A stretch of DNA of 64,000 nt, from positions 2,688,001-2,752,000 of the forward strand of contig OZ243927.1 in NCBI GenBank assembly GCA_965213925.1, given 5' to 3'. Shown here in pieces: positions 58,348 to 64,000 of this stretch. This DNA is from Trueperaceae bacterium (lineage in GTDB: Bacteria > Deinococcota > Deinococci > Deinococcales > Trueperaceae). The stretch's first letter is position 1. The number at the start of each line of letters is the position of its first letter. Position numbers and translations under genes: made by a program. The notes below the pieces were generated by a model that saw nothing but the letters and a program-made list of their open reading frames with translations, did no database searches and was not told where the DNA came from.

Positions 58348-59376
58348 CTAGCGCACCTCGAGCCCCAGCTCGAGCAGCCGCTCGATCAGTTCACCGTAGG
58401 GTACGCCCGTCTCTTCCCAAAGTTTAGGGTACATGCTCGTCGCCGTAAAGCCCGGCATGGTGTTGATCTCGTTGAGGTAGAGCGTCTCGCCCGCCAAAAA
58501 GAAGTCCACCCTCGCCAAGCCCGCCGCGTCAACCGCCAAAAATGCGTCGACGGCAAGCTGCCGACACCGCGCGGCTACCGGTTCAGGCAGATGGGCGGGG
58601 ATGTCTAACTGAGCGCAGCCCTCGGTATATTTGGTGCTGTAGTCGTAAAAGTCACCGCGAAAGCGAATCTCGCCGACCACGCTCGCGCTCGGCGCGTCGT
58701 TGCCGAGCACGCCGACCTCCAACTCCCTCGCGCCGCTAAGCCCCGCCTCTACGATGATGCGGCGGTCGTGCTGCGCCGCCAGCGACAGCGCCTCGCGCAA
58801 GCTCGCCTCATCCTCCGCCTTGCTGATCCCGACCGACGAGCCCAAGTTGGCAGGTTTCACAAACACGGGGTAGGGGAGACCTCGCAAGGCTTGCAGGACC
58901 TCGTCGGGGAGCGCGAGCCACGCGCTCCGGCTCACCGCCTTATAAGGAACCTGCGGCAAGCCGTGCGCGGCAAAAACCGCCTTCATCATCAGCTTGTCCA
59001 TCCCTACAGCGCTCCCTAAAACGTCTGAGCCGACGAAGGGAAGTTTCATCAGTTTGAGGAGCCCTTGTACGCTGCCGTCCTCCCCGAAAGGACCGTGCAG
59101 CAGCGGAAAGACGACGTCGAAAGCGGAAGGGTCGAGACGCTGAAGGGGTTCACTTGACGCCAGTTTATACGCGTGCGCACCGCCCTTTGCGCTGAGGATT
59201 CGCGCCGACGCTTCCGCCCGCAGAAGTTGCCCCGCTCTGTTGATGATCAAAGGCTTAATGTCGAAACGTTCGCCCGCAGCCGCTACCACCGAACGCGCCG
59301 AGGCGAGCGACACCTCGTGCTCTTCGGACTGACCACCGCAGAGGAGGAGCACTCGAGGTTTCCGAGATTCAGCCAT
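58348..59376 (-). CDS. ddl: D-alanine--D-alanine ligase
   Basis: Motifs GGQSEEHEVS, LHGPFGEDG, VKPANLGSSVG, FYDYSTKY and NEINTMPG. Confidence 0.95.
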   Translation of the reverse strand: MAESRKPRVLLLCGGQSEEHEVSLASARSVVAAAGERFDIKPLIINRAGQLLRAEASARILSAKGGAHAYKLASSEPLQRLDPSAFDVVFPLLHGPFGEDGSVQGLLKLMKLPFVGSDVLGSAVGMDKLMMKAVFAAHGLPQVPYKAVSRSAWLALPDEVLQALRGLPYPVFVKPANLGSSVGISKAEDEASLREALSLAAQHDRRIIVEAGLSGARELEVGVLGNDAPSASVVGEIRFRGDFYDYSTKYTEGCAQLDIPAHLPEPVAARCRQLAVDAFLAVDAAGLARVDFFLAGETLYLNEINTMPGFTATSMYPKLWEETGVPYGELIERLLELGLEVR

Positions 59377-59593
59377 AATAACGATCTAACGTGTGTAAGT
59401 TACACATACTAGAGGTAGTCTACGCCGCTCGAGCCCGAGAGTCAAGCTGCGATGACGAAGAGGTTGAGCCTTCACGGAAGAGTGAACAACCGTGTAGAAA
59501 AGGTCTAAAAGTTTTATGTATACGCCGTAAGTACGTTTACAGAGTTAGCTTCAACTTCCTCAATACACTGTCAGCTAAGTTTTGCTACACTGT

Positions 59594-59732
59594 TGTCACC
59601 CTATTCACGAAGTACGGCTTCACGAAGTACGGCGAAGTCTGGTTGTCGAAAGGTCTCGTTTTGCAATCTCTTACAAAGGAGGAGGTGAAGGCAGAGATTC
59701 TTTCACTCCACCTTACTACGTTCAGAACTACA
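59594..59732 (-). mobile_element. MITE/REP-like palindromic element, copy 2 (inverted relative to 37211-37404)
   Basis: TGTCACCCTATTCACGAAGT, AGGTCTCG, CAATCTC and AGAGATTCTTTCACT match the reverse complement of copy 1 in order. Confidence 0.6.
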
Positions 59733-59740
59733 AAACGCTA

Positions 59741-59777
59741 AAAATTTCACGAGCTAGCATATTGTGAAAAATTTCTT
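59741..59777. repeat. 37-bp repeat, left member of an inverted pair
   Basis: Its reverse complement matches 62885-62921 at 31/37 positions. Confidence 0.7.
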
Positions 59778-59963
59778 AAAATAGACTATCTCACATTACC
59801 CAAAAGGTTCGCAGTGTGCCTTCTTCTGCTAGTATCGGACGCGCCAGTAAGCGGGGTGGGGTCTCACCTCCGCGCAGTGCAGAGGAGAAATGACCTCTTA
59901 TTATTGACCAACAGGGGAGAGCGGACGCCCTGACGCAAACACACGGCGTTCTAACCACGCGCT

Positions 59964-61364
59964 TTACCACTCCTCAACGCCTTCGTGGATTTCCCTATCG
60001 TTCATCTTAGCGTAGCGCCGCGCCGTCTCGAGATTCGCCTGGCGCAGATGCTGTGCGACCCGCGCTAAGTCGTTGAACTGCTTGTGAAGCCGCGTGCCCG
60101 CGCCGTGTCTGAGCCCGTGAACCGCTCTGCCTTCGTAGGTAATGCCCGCTTGCAAACAGACGCGCTGAAATCGCTCCCTCGCCCGGTAGGCTCGGTAGGG
60201 AAGGACGAACCCGGTGTCCGCTCCGCTCGCCAGCTCCGCCAGCGCCGTTTTGAGCCGACGGCTCAGGGCGACCCGTCCCGTCTTTCCACCTTTACCTTTG
60301 CGGACCACCAACTCGCCCGCTTGCCAGTCGACGTCTCGCCAGCGCAAGGCGCTGATTTCAGCGATGCGCAGGCCCGCGTGAGCGCCCAACAAGATCATGA
60401 CCTCGTCCGGTCCTTCGGCCACCTCCAAAAGCCGTTCGACTTCGGCGACCGAATACGCGCCGCGCTTCTCCCAGGGAGCAACGGGGTCCTTGGCGACCTT
60501 GACGTTTTCGAACGGGGCGGCTTGCGTCGCGCCGCTCCAACGCAAGGCTTTGTAGAGGGTTCTCGCCGCCGCAAGCTTAACCTGCACTGTTGACGGGCTG
60601 AGCGTTCTCACCTCACCGTCCGCGCCCAGCTTTGGCTCCTGCGTCTGCGGGTGTAAGGCGGGTCGCTGCTCGAGCATTCTGACCCATGCTACGCCCGCGT
60701 CGCGCGAGGGACGGATCAGGTTTTCGTGACCCCAGTCCTCCACGAGGTCCAAGACGCCGCGCCGATAGTTCTCGCGCGTTCGCTCGCTCACCTTAGAGCC
60801 TTTGGTGCCGTGTAGGGTCAAGTAGGCGTCAGTGAGCGCCCAGAGCTGTTCGCTGTCGCGCTTTTGACAGGCGGCGACCACGTCACGTCGCAAATCTCTT
60901 TGAGAGGTCCGCGCCAAGGCGTCCGCGCGCCGGGTCGGGTCATCCTGATAGCGTTCCAAAGACAGCGCTGTGCCAGCGGCGCGCTCTTCACGAGGTTTGG
61001 AGGCGGGCGCGGAACTTGCTTCCAAAGCCGTTTTATAGAGTCGCTTTAATCCTTGCCTGACGATGGCGTGAACACGCTCTTTGCTGACCCCTAAGTCTTG
61101 CGCCACTGCCGCGAGCGTTTCGGGTCTGCCACCTAGCCCCAGCGTCCGGCTAAGAACGGCGCGCTGTTTTTCGGGCATATGTGTAGAGAAACGCTCGAGC
61201 AGTGCGCCCAGTGCCGCTGACCTTTCCGGCTCCGCGCGAAGCTCGCGCAGGTTGGGCAAGCGTTCATCCGGATAGACACAGTTCAGTGTGGAGATGGAGG
61301 TTTTTGCAGGGACTTCGCTGCCGGTTTGAGACGTGCCGGGGCTCGAGCTTTTACAGTTCGCCAT
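59964..61364 (-). CDS. Tyrosine recombinase/integrase with N-terminal sigma70 region-4-like HTH
   Basis: HTH LGLGGRPETLAAVAQDLGVSKERV; catalytic motifs GLRIAE, KGKGGK, HGLRH and RRY; ATG 61364 has TATATT 6 nt upstream. Confidence 0.88.
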   Translation of the reverse strand: MANCKSSSPGTSQTGSEVPAKTSISTLNCVYPDERLPNLRELRAEPERSAALGALLERFSTHMPEKQRAVLSRTLGLGGRPETLAAVAQDLGVSKERVHAIVRQGLKRLYKTALEASSAPASKPREERAAGTALSLERYQDDPTRRADALARTSQRDLRRDVVAACQKRDSEQLWALTDAYLTLHGTKGSKVSERTRENYRRGVLDLVEDWGHENLIRPSRDAGVAWVRMLEQRPALHPQTQEPKLGADGEVRTLSPSTVQVKLAAARTLYKALRWSGATQAAPFENVKVAKDPVAPWEKRGAYSVAEVERLLEVAEGPDEVMILLGAHAGLRIAEISALRWRDVDWQAGELVVRKGKGGKTGRVALSRRLKTALAELASGADTGFVLPYRAYRARERFQRVCLQAGITYEGRAVHGLRHGAGTRLHKQFNDLARVAQHLRQANLETARRYAKMNDREIHEGVEEW

Positions 61365-61547
61365 AAAGTTAATATACCCACCCAAGTATCCTTGGGTGGG
61401 TGAACAGATTACAATTCATTTTGGACAGGTGGAGTGTCTATACGTAGCAGGTGCCGTAGGTAAAGCGGTAGTTCACTATCACCTCCAGCCAGTGAGGGCT
61501 TATCAGGAAGACCTCACTGGCTTCGGGCAAATGTGTATAAGCACATC

Positions 61548-62675
61548 CTAAGCGGTCTCGAGCACCTCGTGACGCTTAGACTCTAACGTTTCCATCAGGC
61601 TGTCAAAGGGTTTGACAAATTTCTGAACCCCTTCGTCCACGAGCTGCTGCGTGATCTCGTCCAGGTCGATGCCCAAGTCGCCTAGCTTATCGAGCGTTCG
61701 CTTCGCTTCGTCAACGTTATCTTCTAAACGCGCCTCGGGCTGACCGTGGTCGCGGTACGCCTCGAGCGTCTCCATCGGCAGCGTGTTGACCGTCTCCGGG
61801 CCGATAAGCGCTTCGACGTACTTTACGTCTTCGTAAGCGTCGTCTTTAACGCTAGTGCTCGCCCAGAGTAGACGCTGCGGCTTGGCACCCTTCTCCGCGA
61901 GAGCCTGAAAGCGCTCGCCCTCGAAGACCTCTTTGTAGATTTGATAGGCTTGCTTCGCGCTGGCGATTGCGACCTCGCCGCGCAGGGCTTTAGCGGTGTC
62001 GGCGTCCTCGGGGCTCGCCTCGGCGATCTGGTCGAGCTTACCGTCGATGAGCGCGTCGATGCGGCTCAGGAAAAAGCTGGCGACAGATGCGATGCCCTCA
62101 ACCGACTCGCCACCCTCCAAGCGCTTCTCCAAGCCTTCAAGATAGGCGCTCGTCACCTCGCGGTAGCGCGATAAACTAAACAGGAGCGTCACGTTGACGC
62201 TGATGCCCTCACTGATAAGCTGTGTGATCGCCTCTAAGCCCTCATTCGTGCCCGGCACCTTGATAAAGACGTTCGGGCGGTCCAGCATCTTCCAAAGCTT
62301 GCGCCCCTCTTCGACAGTGCCTTGAGTGTCGTGCGCGAGATGCGGCGAGACCTCCAAGCTCACAAAGCCGCGCTCGCCGTCATGCTCGTCGTAGAGCGGG
62401 CGAAAGCGGTCTGCGGCGGCGCGAACGTCCTCGGTCGCCAGCGTGAGGTAGATCTCCTCGGTCTCTTTCCCGTCTTGCGCCAGCTCGCGGATCGTACCGT
62501 CATACTCGTCGCTGTCAGCGATCGCTTTTTCGAAGATGGACGGGTTCGAGGTGATGCCGCGCAGCCCGTCCTCGTCGATGAGCTTATCCAACTCGCCGCT
62601 CTCGATAAGGCTGCGCCGAATGTCGTCGAGCCAAGGGGCTTGTCCGAAGTCGCTGAGCTTTTTAAGTGAATTCAT
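61548..62675 (-). CDS. tal: Transaldolase (actinobacterial/plant-like type)
   Basis: Motifs WLDD, GITSNPSIF, IKVP, NVTLLFS, SFFLSRID and LLWAST; RBS GGAGGAG. Confidence 0.93.
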   Translation of the reverse strand: MNSLKKLSDFGQAPWLDDIRRSLIESGELDKLIDEDGLRGITSNPSIFEKAIADSDEYDGTIRELAQDGKETEEIYLTLATEDVRAAADRFRPLYDEHDGERGFVSLEVSPHLAHDTQGTVEEGRKLWKMLDRPNVFIKVPGTNEGLEAITQLISEGISVNVTLLFSLSRYREVTSAYLEGLEKRLEGGESVEGIASVASFFLSRIDALIDGKLDQIAEASPEDADTAKALRGEVAIASAKQAYQIYKEVFEGERFQALAEKGAKPQRLLWASTSVKDDAYEDVKYVEALIGPETVNTLPMETLEAYRDHGQPEARLEDNVDEAKRTLDKLGDLGIDLDEITQQLVDEGVQKFVKPFDSLMETLESKRHEVLETA

Positions 62676-62884
62676 CGTCTCCTCCTCCATGTTTTTCTGC
62701 AGTCGTTACGTCGTGCGGTTAGCTTCTAGATGTAATACTTTTTTCTCGAGTTAAATTTGCTGGAATAAGCACCCTCCCCTGTCATACTCTTTTTGCTGAC
62801 GCCGGAACGTCACAGGTCATACGTTTCTTGCGTTTTCTCCTCCACTATAGACCTACAGCGGTTTATGCACAAGGTTCGCTAATA

Positions 62885-62921
62885 AAGAAATTTTTCACGA
62901 CACTTTAGCTCGTGAATTTTT
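62885..62921. repeat. 37-bp repeat, right member of an inverted pair
   Basis: AAGAAATTTTTCACGACACTTTAGCTCGTGAATTTTT. Confidence 0.7.
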
Positions 62922-63101
62922 TGTTTCTTTGAGGTTCTCGTTTGTTTCACACCTCTCACTGACCTTCCCTTATAAGCGCCCTTGCGAGCGACGGGCGACT
63001 AAGCGTAACGGGCAAAACGAGTAAACTTGACGCTATGCGGTAAATATTCGTCACCGACTTGAGGAAAAACGCGGGGCAGCGAAGCGCATAAGGAGTGGGG
63101 A

Positions 63102-63782
63102 ATGAAAGACAAGCTTCGTGAGTATCGTTCTAAGGACATAAGCGTGACCTGGAGCAAAACGCGGTGTATCCATTTTGCTGCGTGCGTTCATCATCTGCCA
63201 GACGTTTTCGATACAGATCAGAAACCTTGGGTACAGCCAGATCGAGCGGACGCAGAAGAGGTCGCTCAAGTCGTCGTGCGGTGTCCGACTGGAGCCTTGC
63301 ATTTTGAGCGCAAGGATGGCGGCGCGGCGGAAGAGGTGCCGGAGCGCAACACCGTTCAAGTCGCGCCTCATGGTCCTTTGTACCTGCGGGGTGACATTAG
63401 AATTACACTCGATCAGCCTGACCAAGAAATTCTTTTGAGGGATACGCGCGTGGCGCTCTGCCGCTGCGGAGCCTCGGCGTATGGTCCTCTTTGCGACGGA
63501 TCGCACCGAGAGATAGGGTTTAGAGACCGGGGTGAGCTTGGTAACGTCCACCTTGACGGGGAGAGGAGAGCTGGCAGGCTCGAGGTCTCCCCTACCCCTA
63601 ACGGACCCCTTAGGCTGCGCGGACCTTTCGAGCTTATCGGCTCGGACGATGAGCGTGAAAAAGGTACACGCACCGCCCTCTGTCGCTGCGGCGCGTCGGG
63701 CAACAAACCCTTTTGCGACGGGACACACCGGGCGATTAACTTTACGTCTGCTGACGCGGTGATAGACGGCGCTCATGAATAG
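63102..63782 (+). CDS. Fe-S protein: divergent 4Fe-4S (Fer4_19-like) domain plus two CDGSH domains
   Basis: Motifs CIHFAAC...CPTGAL, LCRCGAS..GPLCDGSH and LCRCGAS.NKPFCDGTH. Confidence 0.9.
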   Translation: MKDKLREYRSKDISVTWSKTRCIHFAACVHHLPDVFDTDQKPWVQPDRADAEEVAQVVVRCPTGALHFERKDGGAAEEVPERNTVQVAPHGPLYLRGDIRITLDQPDQEILLRDTRVALCRCGASAYGPLCDGSHREIGFRDRGELGNVHLDGERRAGRLEVSPTPNGPLRLRGPFELIGSDDEREKGTRTALCRCGASGNKPFCDGTHRAINFTSADAVIDGAHE

Positions 63783-64000
63783 ACGGGTATGTGGCGTTCT
63801 TTTGGGGACGCTTACTCTGCTCATTTGTCCTGTTGCCTTCGCCGCGGGCGGAATGCCTGAGTTCTTCGCAGAGGTCTCTATCCTCATCGTTGCGAGCGCT
63901 GCGATTGGCTATCTCTGCTTCCGTCTGGGGCTCGTGCCCATTATTGGCTTTTTGCTCACCGGCGTGCTCTTAGGAATGACCGGGCTCGTCGACAACCCCG
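63775..64000 (+). CDS. CPA2-family cation:proton antiporter, 3' truncated at window edge
   Basis: Open frame MNRRVCG...AFAAGGMPEFFAEVSILIVASAAIGYLCFRLGLVPIIGFLLTGVLLG, resembling a KefB/RosB N-terminus; overlaps the CDGSH stop. Confidence 0.7.
   Translation, partial: MNRRVCGVLLGTLTLLICPVAFAAGGMPEFFAEVSILIVASAAIGYLCFRLGLVPIIGFLLTGVLLGMTGLVDNP

Noticed and set aside
59820..59960. Possible tRNA/attB remnant or glycine riboswitch downstream of the integrase
   Set aside because: No cloverleaf, T-loop or CCA end; only a GGAGA word, without the rest of the aptamer consensus.
63051..63887. 278-aa minus-strand ORF and other long antisense ORFs (e.g. 22207-23076, 10290-10955, 41116-41790)
   Set aside because: These are shadow ORFs of well-supported genes in GC-rich DNA.

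Overview
This is a 64 kb GC-rich bacterial window, most consistent with Deinococcota (Trueperaceae-like). That inference rests on many leaderless genes with a TAnnnT box 6-7 nt before the start codon, frequent CTCGAG, and a Deinococcus/Thermus-type integrase. Bases 1-24.7 kb are an accessory patchwork: a hydrolase-glycosyltransferase fusion, unknown proteins, an MDR oxidoreductase, a complete ArsR-GH2-GH43x3-ABC glycan locus, gene fragments, a serine hydrolase, RDD, HIT, an amidase, an Xre/RES toxin-antitoxin pair and a GGDEF pseudogene. Most module boundaries there carry a 30-32 bp site built as 12-bp arm / CG-repeat core of 6 or 8 bp / 12-bp arm. Two arm types occur in X-Y, Y-X, X-X and Y-Y combinations. 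This resembles an array of dif/pdif-like tyrosine-recombinase sites that delimit gene modules, and is the most interesting signal in the window. Bases 25-64 kb look more like core genome: GH1, an argininosuccinate-lyase paralogue heading a sugar-ABC operon, SDR, class V aminotransferase, MscS, ygfZ, S9 peptidase, livKHMGF, two divergent glutamine synthetases, rhodanese, ddl and tal. This part also holds several MITE/REP-like elements and a sigma70-region-4-fused tyrosine recombinase. That recombinase and tal are bracketed by 37-bp inverted repeats. No rRNA, tRNA or CRISPR array was recognised.
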